64,000 nt of DNA from the human T2T-CHM13v2.0 reference genome, Homo sapiens, in NCBI RefSeq assembly GCF_009914755.1, contig NC_060947.1; one strand, 5' to 3'. Positions 31,171-46,127 of this stretch are shown piece by piece. The translations under genes and the position numbers were made by a program. Each line of letters starts with the position of its first letter. Position 1 is the first letter of the stretch. A model generated the notes under the pieces. It worked only from the letters and a program-made list of their open reading frames with translations. It was not told where the DNA came from and did not search any database.

Positions 31171-32230
31171 TTAAATCTATCATGATTCATCCACTGGAAC
31201 TGAACACATTTTGCCATTTGAATAAAGTTGAACTCCTGTTAGCAGGCAAGATGAGGGAAATGGCCGTTGGGTAAAATATAACACCACCTCTGTGAAGGAA
31301 TTGGTGAATGAATGAGAGAAAGAGTGAGAGTGAGCATGACAGAGGGAAAACATATGAGGATCAGAGCTTCTTTAGTTCCCAATAAGTTTTCAAATCACAG
31401 TTCCAGTAATGTTTTTTTGGGGGGGAGACATGCCAGAAATATAACATAATAGCAAGTTGAGTGTATTCGCTGGAACTAGAGTTAGTAACTCTGTTTAGAT
31501 TGAAAATATGAGAAAATTGAGTTTTGCTTCATGACAATTTGGTATATATTTGTACAACTTTTATTCTCAGTATTTACAAAAGAATGCTGAGATAAATACT
31601 ACTTACAGCTAATGCCCTGGGCCTTTCCGAACTCTTCCAATTATGAGACATAACCCCCACCTTTAACTTGAAATAGAAGATATACTTTGTTTTAAATAAA
31701 AATAGGAAATATACCATAATTATCTTTCCTATCAACTTTTGATGTTTCTACTTTCTAAAAAAATTAATGATGTGTCAATTATGCTACTATATTATACTTT
31801 AAGAATTAAATCTTTATGAAAGAAACATATAGTTTCATTTAAATTTGTTAACTGTAGTTCTTAGGTGAATTTGACTTCTTGCCTCTTCCTAGCAGCAAAA
31901 CTGAAATATTTTATAACATTCCATCATACTTTCAGAGTAGATATTTTATGAAGACAGGTGCGTATATATAATTGAAAGAGACTAGAAAGGCCTATCTTCC
32001 CCAAAACACTTTTATTTTTTCAAAATGAACTAAAAATCCACAAATAGAGTTTCATTGTTTGGAGTCAGATAATTTTACTTCTAGACTCGGCACAAATACT
32101 TACTTACTGTTTGATCTTATTCAAGTTATTTAAGCTTTCCGGGTCTCATGTTCCTAATCAGCAATAGGGAAATAATAACATACCCTTCCTGCCTACTATA
32201 CATATAATAAGTGATAGTTATGAAAGTACT

Positions 32231-32648
32231 GAGAATGATGATTTCCAATTTCATCCATGTCCCTACAAAGGACATGAACTCATCATTTTTTATGGCTGCA
32301 TAGTATTCCATGGTGTATATGTGCCACATTTTCTTAATCCAGTCTATCATTGTTGGACATTTCGGTCCAAACACCGCATATTCTCACTCATAGGTGGGAA
32401 TTGAACAATGAGATCACATGGACACAGGAAGGGGAATATCACACTCTGGGGACTGTTGTGGGGTAGGGGGAGGGGGGAGGGATAGCATCAGGAGATATAC
32501 CTAATGCTAGATGACCAGTTAATGGGTGCAGCACACCAGCATGGCACATGTATACATATGTAACTAACCTGCACAATGTGCACATGTACCCTAAAACTTA
32601 AAGTATAATAAAAAAAAAAGAAAAAATACAGATCAAAAAAAAGAAAAA
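32231..32648 (+). mobile_element. Short young L1PA2/3-like insertion with 5' inversion, inside a MIR
   Basis: 32231-32366 is antisense L1 and 32367-32648 is the sense 3' UTR plus A tail. TSD gaaagtact (32222-32230 and 32649-32657). Confidence 0.95.
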
Positions 32649-34954
32649 GAAAGTACTTTTAAAATGCAATCAACATACAAATATAAGGACTTGACATTAT
32701 GCTGCAAGTACATCTCAATGAGTGAATCACTATGTTAGCATACATAATTTACATATTTTAAGAAACTACCTTTTATTGCTTTTTTACTGGATATAAGCAG
32801 GGGAAGGGGCACAGGATGGGAAGAATTAGAAATCAGCAGTTTAAAATGTGAATTGTTTTTAACTATCTTCCAAATTCTGGGTGGGATAGTGAACTGGCAT
32901 AGTCTAGTAACGCAAATAAGTTAGTTAGTGCTAGTTTCCTAAAGGAAGAGAAACAGAAGCAAAAAATTCAAAAGGGAAATGGAAAGATACCAAAGAAAAT
33001 TTTCATCATTTGTAATTATGCCCAAATCTAGTAGTGCTTTCAAAATCATAAGCATTTTAATTTAATTATATACATATTGAGTGTGTAAAGAACAAGCTAA
33101 GGATACATAAATGGGGAATCTGATATAGGGGAATATGTTGCATTTTGAAATAAGACAGGTGACAACAGTATGGGTAAATCCTGGAGGGAAAAGATCTTAC
33201 ATCAAAAACCAAATGTGAATGAAAGCATAGAGGGAGAAAGATAGAACATATTGTAAAATAGACAGTAGTTGACCAGTCTGGCTAGATTAAAGGGTATAGT
33301 AAGAGCATGTATAGTAATGTACAAGACTGGAGAGCTGAAAGCCAGATCAAGGCAGGTTTTGAAGGAATTGTTCCTACATGTATAGTACATATATGTATCA
33401 TATGAACTATGTATCATCTACAGACACCTATAACATGATATACTACAAATCATGACAAAATAGAATGGTTGCTAATCCTTTGTGTACTAAATGTTCAATC
33501 ACAGACTTTTGTCATCATTACGGCCAATATCAATTTTCCTTTCCCATTTCTACGTTTAACTGTTTTTATTTAAATTTCTAAATATCTACAGTGAGTAGTT
33601 CACTTTTGAAAATTTCATAATATAATGTTTTCATCATCATACATGAGATAAGAGAGAAAAAAATGACAACTTCATGTTTTGTAAATTCCCTTAGTTATAA
33701 ATGGACTGTGAGTTTTTTCATAGCAGATCTATATGAAATGATTTTCTGGTTGCTGTTGATTTCCAGGGTTGAGTCTTGGAAGTTGATGGGAGTCTGAGTG
33801 ATCCTTCAGGGATTTCTATTGTGCAGGCAAGCATGGGCAGCCTTAGCAGTTTTATATAGAGGAACATTATCCTTCATTAAAATAAAGTAGAAAGATATTG
33901 CAAGTGTTTTTGCTGACATTTCCAGATGCACTGTATTTACTCTGTATCCCAGGGGCAAAATATATTAAAGAATCTTACTGCTAGAAAGCACTTGGAGAGT
34001 TCAAATAGTCCAGCCATCTTTTCCCAGGTGAGACAGAATCTAACTAGAATTATCTATTCTACTATTAAATACTACAGGAGAAGGGAATACTGGTGCTGCT
34101 TTTGACCTCTATAAATAATGTAGCAGATTATTTTGATTGTTTCTGGAAAAGGCAGATAGGGTTCTCTTTTTACTTATTTGTTTTAAATGAGATTATTCTA
34201 TTCAGCAATTTGCATCTCTTTTCAGGTTACTTCCATATATGCTATTCTACTTACTTTCTCTGAGGCTAACCAACGCCTTACAACAGCAATCTTCTAGCCC
34301 AATTCTGTGCCTTATGCTCCCAAACTCTTCCCCCTTTAGGATATTCTCACTCAGCATCCAATTCTTTTAGAGAAATATTGGTTACTAACATTAAGATGAG
34401 TGATAACAAGGTGACCAAACAAACAAATCCTGGCTCATGTGATGGCTACCTAACTTATTGCCTTTAATGTTTTTATCCTCTTAACGTGCAATTAAAGTTT
34501 CTAAAGAGTGACTAATGCTGACAATAATATTTTTAAAACATGTGGTGTAAAATTTTAGGTAATAAGACCTCTGCTTTTCAAATCATTCCACCTACTTTAG
34601 GTTGAGAAACTTAGAGGTGATTTCAGAAAGATAATATTCCCATATTAAACTATATAATTAACAAAAACAATACCATTTTCAAGGAAACTGTTCAGTTGAA
34701 TATATCATGATGGCCTTTCCTAGAAATACTTATTCAATTGCATTCACTTAAAGAATGTTAACTTTTCCTTGATTTTAAAACAGTTTCAAATCTATTTTTA
34801 ATGGATAATATCAAGAATAGTTTTTTAAAATCTCGTTATTTCCATATCATAATTTTATTGAAAAGATGGCATGAATTTGTGTGGATTAATAATAGTAGAG
34901 TATCATCTATGTTTCAGGATTTTATTAATTTGTTTTTGATGACTTCATGACCTC

Positions 34955-35297
34955 CAAATGGCATGTACTGGAAACTTAATCCCCAAGCAACAGTGTTGGG
35001 AGGTGGGGCTTAATGAGGGGTGTTTCATTCATGAGGGTTCCGTCTTTATAAATGGATTAATGTTGATTATAAAAGGGCTTGAGGCTGTGAGTTCAATCTC
35101 TTGTTCTCTCATGTGCACGTGCTCTCTTGCCTTTCTGCCTTTCAGTGTGAAATGACGCAGCAAGGAGGCCCTTGACAAATGCTGGCCCCTTGACCATTGA
35201 CTTCCCAGCCTCTGGAACCATAAGAAATAAATCTCTGTTCTTTATAAATTACTCTTTCTTAGGTGTTCTGTTATAGCAGCACAAATTCGACGAAGAC
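34955..35297 (+). mobile_element. MST-type MaLR LTR
   Basis: 'ttaatccccaagcaacagtgttgggagg' and 'gacttcccagcctctggaaccataagaaataaatctctg'. Confidence 0.75.
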
Positions 35298-36096
35298 GTC
35301 ATATTTGTTGAGTATGATTCAAAATAATTTCTTTAAATGATAACTAATTTGGAAATACTTCTCTTTGCTGGCACCAGCAGTTAAATTTACCCAGGAAATA
35401 TTTTATTTTACTAGATATATGTTTGAAATATGACACTAAAAAATAGTTGAAATGTTGGCTTTTAAAGGAATTTCTGTTACCGTTGTTACCATTGGAAGAG
35501 ACTTTAAATATCACCTACTTCAGATATTCTTAAGTAAAATTCATGATGAGTCCCAGTCACCACCCCCCCATTATATGCTCTTCAACACCCTCAATTATAT
35601 ACAAAATTGTATATGTGTATGAATTATGCATTGTTTAAATAAGAGAAATCATAGTTGTTTTCCAAGATCACATAGCGAGCTACTGGAAGAGCCTATATTA
35701 GAACCAAGAAACCAGTCAAACTCCAATGCTCTATCATTAATACCTGCTGCCTCCAATTCACGCACTTTGTATTTTGCTCTATATTAAATTCATGGCTGTA
35801 ATTTTAATTTCAATCTTCTGGAATGTATTGGAAGTCTCATGTACTGCTGGTGGGAGTATACATTTTTACAAACGTTTTGGAAAACTTTGGTGATATTTAC
35901 TAAAATTGAACACACATATACTCAGAAATTCCACTTGTAAGTATAACCCAATATAAATGAATATATATGTTCACCAGAGGATATGTTCATGAATGATCAT
36001 TGCAGGGCTTTTCATTATGGCCCCAAACCAGAAGCTATCCAAATACTCACCAATACTAGAATGAACAAATAAACCATTGTATAGTCACATAGCATA

Positions 36097-36153
36097 ATAC
36101 TATACTATACTATACTATACTATACTATACTATACTATACTATACTATACTAT
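36097..36153. repeat. (TATAC)n pentanucleotide microsatellite within an old L1ME fragment
   Basis: Direct reading. Confidence 0.92.
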
Positions 36154-36562
36154 AGCAATGACAATGAATGCTTGCATACAATATTACTCCATACAATAAT
36201 TACACACAATTACAATTATTGTAATACTACATGTCATACAATATTACTTCATACAATGATATTGATAGATCTCACAAACATAATTTGAGCAAAAAGAGTT
36301 CAACACAGAAGAATATGTACTGCATGTTTTTATTTACATGAAACACCCCTGATGAATAATGAATGGAAGCAGATATGGGAATATCTTCTGGGGTTCTAGT
36401 AATGCTCTAGTAATGCCCCGTTTATTAGCCTAGGTACTGATTACCCAGGTTTGTTCCACTGTTAATGTTCAGCAAGCTGTATACTTAGAATTTGTGTTCT
36501 TTACGCTATGTTATAATCCTTAAAATACACAAAATGTTTTTAGCAAATAGGACAATACTATC

Positions 36563-36928
36563 TGTTATGGTTTGGCTGTGTCCCCACCCAAATCTCATCT
36601 TGAATTGTAGCTCTCATAATCCTAATGTGTCGTGAGAGGGATCCAGTGGGAGGTAGTTGAATCATGCGGTTGGGTCTTTCCCATGATGTTCTTGTGATAG
36701 CAAATAAGTCTCACAAGATCTGATGGTTTTATAAAAGGGTAGTTCCCCTGCACATGCTCTCTTGCCTGCTGCCATGTAAGACTTGCCTTTGCTCCTTCTT
36801 TGCCTTCTGCCATGTTTGTGAGGCCTCCCTAGCCATGTGAAACTGTCAGTCCATTAAACCTCTTTTTCTTTATAAATTATCCAGTCTCGGATATGTCTTT
36901 ATTAGCAGCCTAAGAACAGACTAATACA
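36563..36928 (+). mobile_element. THE1/MSTA MaLR solo LTR
   Basis: tgttatggtttggctgtgtccccaccc...gactaataca, TSD ctatc (36558-36562 and 36929-36933). Confidence 0.92.
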
Positions 36929-37308
36929 CTATCATAGATATTATCATTTTTACAGATAATATTATCAGAGAAATGAATATAAACTAACATTTACTGAATA
37001 CCTAATATGCATTGTGTAATAAGCTCTTCTCATGTGTAACATCTCAATTAATACTGACAAATAACCTCGTGAGAGAGGTATTATCCTGATTTTCAAACAG
37101 AATATGTGCTCAAGGCCATTCAGCTAATAACTTGTTTTATGAAAGACCCTAGTGATCTGATTACATGGTCTTTAGGAGAAAATAAGTCCCTTGAAAAGCT
37201 CAATGGACTGAAAAATATGAGTCTTGAGTCCTAACACTAGCCTTACTCACTCATTCATTTATCTGACAATATTTAACTAGCCACTATGTGTCTATATGCC
37301 AGGGATAT

Positions 37309-37310
<2 letters not shown>

Positions 37311-37346
<36 letters not shown>
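37311..37346. repeat. (GT)n microsatellite
   Basis: Direct reading. Confidence 0.95.
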
Positions 37347-37348
<2 letters not shown>

Positions 37349-37802
37349 CTCATGGAACTCAGTCTTCTTATCTGTAAAATACTAAAATGTAAGTGTTAAA
37401 CTAAATGATTTCAGAGATCTCTTTTAACTTTAATATCAAGTTTACCATTTCCTTCACAGCAGCATTCCCTAAATAAGTTGATTTACGTAGGGCTCCAATT
37501 TGTTGGCTGTTAAAAATAATCTTAAAAAAAAGATGTATCATGGTCAAATTACCTTGAGAAATGTTGAGAAATTTGTTTCACTTCTCAAAGTGAAACAAAT
37601 GTCTTTATTGGAGCATTTCTAGAAGCCTATAACATGCTCGAATTCACTGAATTATCAAGAGGGATGATAGAGTATGCACAATCTCTCTAATTTGACTATG
37701 TAACTATTGGCATCTCATGAAATACACTTCTCAAGAAAAAGTTCTTGGCGAAAAGTACTAAAGTTTGAGCCACAGAAAACGTATCTGGAAGTTAAGCTAT
37801 TT

Positions 37803-38079
37803 ATTTATTTATTTAGAGACAGAGTCTCACTCTGTCGCCCAGGCTGGAGTGCAGTGGCATGATCTCAGCTCACTGCAACCTCCGCCTCTTCAAGTCATTC
37901 TCTTGCCTCCTGCCTCATCTCCCGAGTAGCTGGGATCACAGGCACTCCCTGCTAATTTTTGTATTTTTAGTAGAGACGGTGTTTCGCCATGTTGGCCTCG
38001 AACTCCTGGCCTCAAAGGATCTGCCCGCCTAGGCCTCCCAAAGTGCTGGGATTACAGATGTGAGCCGCCATGCCCAGTT
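37803..38079 (-). mobile_element. Alu (S/J) with small internal deletions
   Basis: Alu reverse complement, TSD gttaagctattt (37791-37802 and 38080-38091). Confidence 0.9.
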
Positions 38080-41000
38080 GTTAAGCTATTTCTTATTAAT
38101 TGTTTTTTTGTGAGGTGATCACTAGTAAATACGTTATCTTTTGCAAATCAGTTTATAGCTCTTCTATATATTCACAGAGTAGAGATACACACACACACAC
38201 ACACACGAAAAACAATGCAAACATACCATTTTAGTTTTCCAGGTTGGCAGACTATTGGTTCTAATTGATTTGAAAACTTTTCAAGTTGCCAACTACCTAA
38301 CCAGCAACCCACAAACATATGACGTTTACAAGTAAAAACATTATTTTGATTTATATGCCATTTACACCTTGTGTTTCCGACTGATCATGAAATATTTTGA
38401 GTTTTACTTCTTCACTACTTCGGAAACTATTATTAGGACTATTACTCTATGTATCCCAAGGGAAATCTTATAGAAATATCAAAGTGAGATAATTCCCTTA
38501 GTTTGTTTTCCTAGAGGAAATTATTCATAGTTCTAGAAATATAATGCAATAATGTTATGATTTACATTTTCAGGCAATTCATGAAAATTTAAACAGAGTA
38601 CATTTTTAAATGTATTATTGGCTAGTAGTTGATTGAGGGAGTGGTACAGTCCTCTCTATCAAGAAATAAAGAGTAATAGGGAAAATATTAATTTCAATTA
38701 AAATATCATAGATGTAATAGCATATTTTAGTTGTAGAATGAAATATTAAAATATGCATTGAAGCTTGAAGCTAGTTATATTAAAAATAAAATTGATCGAA
38801 ATAGTATTCGTTTATCTTTTAATAGCTCATACTCAGATAAAGATTATTAATAAAAATGAATTTTATTTCAAATGGTAGAAGAAAAGGAGGGTTGTGTTTT
38901 ACACATAAAGACAAGTAAGAGCTACTTTTACATCTGGGTCATTCATGCAAATTTCCAAGACCAAAATAACCAAAAATAATTAAAACAGGCTTTGTGGTCA
39001 TAAAATTAAAGTCTAAAATGTGGACCATCACTCACCATTTTAAAAGGCAAGGTTGCACCATCTCAAATTGCTATATCACTTCTTCATTCCACTGGTCACT
39101 CCAAGTTAGATTTTGCTCTGACAACCTAAATTTGCAGTCTTCCTCTGCAGTCATCTATCAACTTAAGGATTCAGACATCAGAATATTAAGATAGGACTTG
39201 TTTTTTTGTGAATTTTCTCTGATTTAAGTCAGTATGCCATCTTTAACAGAAACTTCATTACCATAACATTGATTACTCTGCAAATATTTAGTCCAAATAT
39301 TTCTATTTGGCAGTTTTTGTGAATCTTCAGGTAGATTTTTTTTTCCTTTTAAATGATCTTTCTATTGTCAAGGTTTTTGAATAGTTAGAAATGAATTTTA
39401 AGTAATACTATAGGGTTATGTACCAGCTTGTGATGTGGTATTTACTGAATCCTTTTGCTAGTGATTCTTAAAATACATTTTATTCCTTACTGTCAACTTC
39501 ACCGCTAGCTTTGCAACATTTAATTATCTCATGTAAATATTTTCTCGTTGGAATTACAATTGAAATTTTCTTTTCTTGTGGGGAGAATAATAAGTGTTGT
39601 TTAGATGCCCTGAAGTTTCATAGTCTGATCTGATTATGAAATGGAAAATGCCTTTATTTCCTTTATGAGCATGATGAAAACATTTTGAAAACTGGAAAAA
39701 AATGTAATTAAAATTGATCATTCAAGATATAATTGGATTCAAAGAACACTAGGAAAGCCCACCTATTGTTAATATAACATCAGGACGGTTCCCCAACTGA
39801 TAAAGAAACATTTTGTATCCTTGTAACTAAAGTGATTTGCTGCATAGTTGGAAAGCAATATTTTTGTTTTGTTTTTGTTTTAACCAATATTTCGTTATCC
39901 AAATCCACCTTCTTCCCATGAGATGAGTCATGTAGCAATTTATGCCACTCAAAAGAACAGAGACAGAACTAATATTCTGCCTGAAAGCCACTGACTTAAG
40001 AGAATACCCATCCCTTGCTCTTTGGGATTTGAAGCAGGAATCACAACAGTTAATAAAAAAAAAAAAACCCTTATAGGAATGAAGAATTTTTAAAGGAATT
40101 GACAAGAAAAGAAGAAATGTGAAATTATAATGGGTTGCAAAAACTTAATTTCCAGTCAATTGACTAGAAACGCATTTAGGCTTATTCTTTTTCTTTCTTC
40201 TATGTCTCAGGTCATTAGATAACTACCTATGGATGTAAAAGCACTGATAAAAAGTAAGTTGAGGATAGAAACACTTGGAGATAACTTGAAAACTCTGGAT
40301 AGCATTTAAATCAGCAGGCCCTAATGATTGGTGACTAAGGATTCTAAAGGCAATGGTGCATGTTATTGCAAATCTCTTTGCTGCTATTTTGAGAAAGTTG
40401 CTCAGAACAGAAGTGCCAGAAGTCTGAAATAGAGCTCAATGTCCAATTTTACTAAAAGGATGATCTCGGAAAATTGTAGACCTGTTAGCATAACGTCAGT
40501 ACCTAGGATCATAGTGGAAAAAGTCATTATACTATCAACTTGAAAATACCTATGGGGCACAAAATGCTGAATAATGAGCAAAATGGTTTCACAAAGAACA
40601 AATAACATCAGCACATTTCATTTCTCTCTCTACCAAAGTAATATCATTTATAGAGAGGGAGGAAAAATCATTACTTGCCTGCAAACACCATTTACGTTTT
40701 TCCATCTAACCAAGTCTTAATTTTCCCATGCTTTTTTCTCTAAGGCTAGTCTTTAGTTACTTATGGTGTTATTTTAGAAACTTTGGGGCAATTTTGCTCC
40801 TCTCCAAAACAATTAATATTTGGTTCTTTATTCCTTTAACTTAAGACTTTTTGACACTACCAACAAGCTCTGTGACTTTGAAAAAGTTACTAAACTTCTC
40901 TGAGTTTGTTTCCATATATTTAAAGCTGAAGTTCTGTTTTAGCTCTCTGGACCTATTACTGAAAATAAGTATTATATTCAAGATAACATTTCAAGTTGAT

Positions 41001-41799
41001 TCATTAAGTATGAGAGGCTTAGTAAAGGAAAGTATAAAGTTATACAAATACTGTGACACAAACACAAATAAGTGGAAGTAAAAATTTTGATGAAGATAAT
41101 GAGGATGACATTACATCCATGCTAACATGGATGTAATTAGTGTCAGGCATTAATTAGAGTTTTTACATATTAACATTAAAAAGACAAAAGACAAAGAAAA
41201 TTACTTAAGTGTAAAGAATGTGCAGTCTACAGGATTTACGGATATAATGATTGAACCTAATGACAGAAGTAAGCAAAATCCAGTATGAAATCTGTCTATA
41301 CTTGGCTTGACTAAATCTTCACTATTGAACTACATTTAGTTTAGGATTCTGTAGTTGAAAAAGAATACAGGTGTTTTATAGTTGTTGTTTCAGAGGACTA
41401 CAACTTAAAAGGATTAAATATAGCTAAGAGGCTGAAAAGAAATTTAAAGCACAATTTTTCTTTGAGTGGAAGAGAGAGGGAGAGAGGAAAGTGTCTACTT
41501 GCTTTATAAAAATAGCTTAGGGCAGACTAAATAAAATAGGGAAAATGTTAACCAATTAATTCAGTAAATATTCATTTCCTATCTAATACTGCTTGTTACT
41601 GTGATATAAAAAAATTCCAAGGCCATATCTCTGCTAACAAAAAGTTTGTACTTTTACTAGGAAGACAAAAATAACATAGTCATCTAAACAAAGTAAGGCT
41701 GCATAAGATACATTTATGATCCAGTGCTAAAATGAGTAGTGCAGACAATAAATGAGATCAGTATCTAGAGAAGAGAGCAATGAAGGTAGTCCAAGCCAT

Positions 41800-44110
41800 A
41801 TGTATTTTTCCCAAAGCTTGGATTTCCCTTACTCTCTGCTCCCTTCACATTGTTAATAGCAGGCCTCTGCAATGACAGAACCTCTGGAAAGCCTTCTCTG
41901 AGCAACTATGCCCTCTCCCATCACCACAATGCACAAATACAACTGGCTTAGGTGCCCATTCTGTACTCCTTCAGCATCTTGCACTTGCCTGTAACTCAGT
42001 TCTTCTCAGTCTGTATTATAACAGCCTATTTGCTTGTCTGTGCCCCTCAATAAAATGTGAGTTCCTTAAGAGTAAGCACCAGTTTTTATTTATTGCTCTG
42101 TCATCTAGTGCATGGCTTAGTATATATCAGGATGTTAATTAATATTTGAGGAATAAAAGGGAAAAATGAATGCTGTATCAGTGCCAAGAGCATTTTTTCT
42201 ATTATTACAACTTAATAACAAAAAGTTGCCAACAAATTTCTCTTGACATTCTCCAACTGATAAGTAGGACTAATGGGTCTAAGATCCTGCCATGAAAAAT
42301 TTATGAAATAATTTATGATTCTTTATGTACATTCCAATCTCTTCAGGTTTACCTCTTACCTCTCTTTTCTTCTCACCATATTCCACAGTCACAAAGAACT
42401 ATTTGTGGTTCTCTTAAATGTTCTTTGTTCTCTCTAATCTCTGAGGCTTTTGCATATACTTTCAGAATACACTCTTCTTTCTCACCTCTTCCTGCTGGCT
42501 CTGTCCCTGCTACCTTCTTCATCTGGTTATCTCCAACTTATATATTAAGTCTCTTTCAGCTCACCAACCTGAGCAAATATTTTCCTGACAATTCACTCTC
42601 CAATCCTTACACTTGGTTGATTTTGGTGCCCCTGCTCCATGTTCCAAAGCATACTCTACCTATTTCTTAATAAATTATGTGAATTCCTTGAGCTTCCTTG
42701 TTCATTGCTTTGCAAGCAATGCTTAGTGAAAGGTTTGACACAAAATAAGCTCACCATAAATATTGGGAGATGGAATGAATGAATGGAATTGGAAGGCTTT
42801 ATGGAGGAGTTGCATATAGCTAAAAAATATTGATGTCTAATACACCAGGATCCATTCTGTGTACTTTTATATATTAAATCATGAAGTCATCTCAAAGGCG
42901 TTACAGAATAAGCTACTCTTATTATCTCAATTTTGCAAATAAAGAAATGGAGGCACTGAAATCTAAGTAATTTGTCCAAAGTTATACACAGCTGGCAAGT
43001 GACAAAGAAAATGCTATTAAGTACTACACCACATTGTCTCTGTACTTAGGTCTTATGCTGACCTAAGTCAAGCATCAAGGATGGAATGGATTGGGAATGA
43101 GAGAATCAAGGGAGAAAAGTGCTACAGATGAGCAGCATGATTTAAGCTGAAGAATAGCACATGATATGCAAAAACAAAAGGCAATTGGGAGAATAGTCTG
43201 ATATTGTTTGGAATGTTTGTATTGGGAGGTAGTGGAAGACAGACTTGGATAGGTTAGTAAGTAGGTTGTAGACAGGATATAATGTCAAAATATAAAGTTT
43301 AAGCTACAGTACACAAGAAGGGGTAAGAACATAGTGTGTTCTTGAATAAGTGAAAGACATGATAGAATCCCTTTTGGTAGGGGTAATATAAGGGGATGTG
43401 CATAATCAAAAAGACTGGGGAAAACTGCCAGCTAGTTGGGGTTTTCAGCCGAGCATTATCCTGGTAATGTCACCAATGTTCAAGGTCTAGTTCTTATACC
43501 AAAAGGTTTATAAAAATCTATGTGCCCCAAAGCTTATAAGATTCTTACGTGACTAATTCAAACAAAATAATCAGCAACTATATTTTGAGCACCTTCTCTA
43601 TAACAGGCATTGTATCAGTCTTTGGGAAATGGTGATGAAGGAAAGACATGGTTGCTATCACCATGGAGTATAGTAGGTTAAGCGTAATGTGCATAAAGTG
43701 AGATGTGTCATAAAAGTGGAAGAAGAGGTCAATATAAAAGATATGGGGGTCCATTACTGGTCTAAGATGCCAAGGGAAAATGCCTGGCAGAGGTTACAAA
43801 GAAGCAGAGAACCAAAGAATGACTAGAATTTGGTTAGACAAGGGTGAAAAAGGAGGAACTCCAAGCAGAAAAAATAACACATAGAAAGGACTTGAGATAG
43901 GAGAGAGCATATCATATTCAAAGATCTGAAAGCAGTTCTATATGGCTGGAGTAGAGAAGGAAAGTGACACAAGATGATGTTACAGAGGAAGACTAAAGCT
44001 AGATTACACAAGTTCTTACAAGACATTGAAAATAATTTATTTTTATCCTAAATGTTATCAGAAGTTATTGAAGGGTTTTAAGCAGTTCAGTGATCAGTTC
44101 ATATGATTTG
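41800..44110. mobile_element. Cluster of decayed L2 and MIR fragments
   Basis: L2-like ends ('aatatttgaggaataaaa', 'aataaatattggga' type) and MIR-like 'aaagaaatggaggcactgaaatctaagtaatttgtccaaag'. Confidence 0.55.
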
Positions 44111-44331
44111 ATTAACTATCTTTTTTTTTTTTTTTTTTAACGAAGAAACCCTTGTCAGATTTCCTCTTCCAACAGATTGATAGACTAGATGAACTGACTG
44201 GCCCTTAAATTCATACTAACTAAAAATGCTGGATTAATTTTTTCCTATGTGTATTGGTAAGAAACATGGAATACACAGTTTAAAAAAGTCAAAAGTTAAG
44301 GAAAGTAGGAAACTAAAAAAGTGAGTGAAGT

Positions 44332-44632
44332 GACCAGGCACAGTGGCTCACGCCTGTAATCCCAGCACTTTGGGAGGCCGAGGTGGGTGGATCATGAGGT
44401 CAGGAGTTCAAGACCAGCCTGGCCAAGATGGTGAAACCCCATCTCTACTAAAAATACAAAAATTAGCTGGGCGTGGTGGTGGGCACCTGTAATCCCAGCT
44501 ACTTGGGAGGCTGAGGCAGTGAATTGCTTGAGCCTGGGAGGCGGAGGTTGCAGTGAGCTGAGATCGTGTCTCTGCCCTCCAGCCTGGGCGACAGAGTGGG
44601 ACTCTGCCTAAAAAAAGAAAAAAAAAAAAAAA
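44332..44632 (+). mobile_element. AluS
   Basis: Full dimeric Alu with A tail. Confidence 0.93.
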
Positions 44633-46127
44633 GGGAGTGAAGCACTGACTAAAGCTTTTACATGAGGGGATCTTTCAAATATGGTGAATTTTAACTTCAG
44701 TTTTCATAACCTCATGGGAACTAAGAGACAGGCCATAAGTCTTATGGCCCACCCAAGAGACTAATGTAAGATACCCACATAAAGCTTGAACCCCAAAGGA
44801 ATGAAGCCACCCTGACAGCGTGATCCAGAAATAAACCGTACGAGCATTTTCAAATTTAGGCTCTAGGTCGTACTTCTGAATGGCTTGATAGATTACATTA
44901 GATCAACTATTTTGCAGATAAAAGCTATATACTCTGCAAAATATATTAAAAAAAAAAACACTTGTAGCCATTGGCAAGGGAACAAAGAAGGAAGACAACA
45001 GAGGTATCTGATATCTGCATAGAAGAAATGATAATAAATGAGTTCTTAATTTTGCTTGGCTCTTATCCTGAGACAAAGCCCAGTTGTATTACTGGGGGGC
45101 TACATGCATATAGAAATCAGACAGTTTTACTGGATTGAATAACCAGAGAGCAAAGTCTGAGGCAATCACAGTAGCTAAAAAGTGAGGGGAGAAATCTCCA
45201 AGGGACAAAGCCATAGGTAGGGAGCCCCAATTCTGCATACGAGCTCTACTCAAATCTCTGGTTGATTTTTGAACCATGCCTGCATAGGATATGGTTCAAG
45301 TAACCAAGCTAAAGGCTAGAAAAACTGATCTAATATTTCTGAGTCTGTGGTTTTTGTTAAGAAAAAATCAACTGTTTACCTAAAAAAAAATTAATACACT
45401 TCAGAGGAAGAAAATAGCAGAATCCAGAATCTTCCATCACCCAGAAAGTACAGCATACAATAAAAAAATTAACAGAAATATGAAGAAACAGGAAAACATG
45501 GGCCCATTTTCAGGAGAAAAGATAATACAAAGGCCAAAACCAAGATAACCAGAAATGTAAATATCAGACATAGATTTTAAAAACAGGTTTTGTAATTGTA
45601 CTTGAAGTCATAAAGGAAAATATGCTTATGATGTATGAAATATAGGAAATCTCAACAAAGAATAGAAACTATTAAAAAGAATCATGTGAAATATCTAGAG
45701 CCTAAAAATACAATACCTGAAATAAAATGTCACTAGAGAGGCTTAACAGCAGATTGAAGATAAGTTTTAAAAGTGTTAGGAAGCTTGATAGATCACTACA
45801 CATAATCTAATCTAGAGGAGACAGGGAGTAAGAGGAAAGACTGAAAATAAATAAATAAACCCGTTTACTCATTGGTCTTCAGGGAGAAATGTATTGAGTG
45901 AAGAAGGAAACAATTTATCTTGGAATTCATAACCATGACCTAGTTCTCTAGAACTCATAGTACCCACAGATAACTCCATCAGAAGCAACCATAAAAATTT
46001 TCTTCAGAAGAATTCATGTTCATTCATGCCCCAAGAAATAACAATGGATACTTTTCTAAGGAAAAATCACTAATACCACAAAGCATGCAAAACAAAACAA
46101 AAATATAAAACAATAACTCTTTACCAT

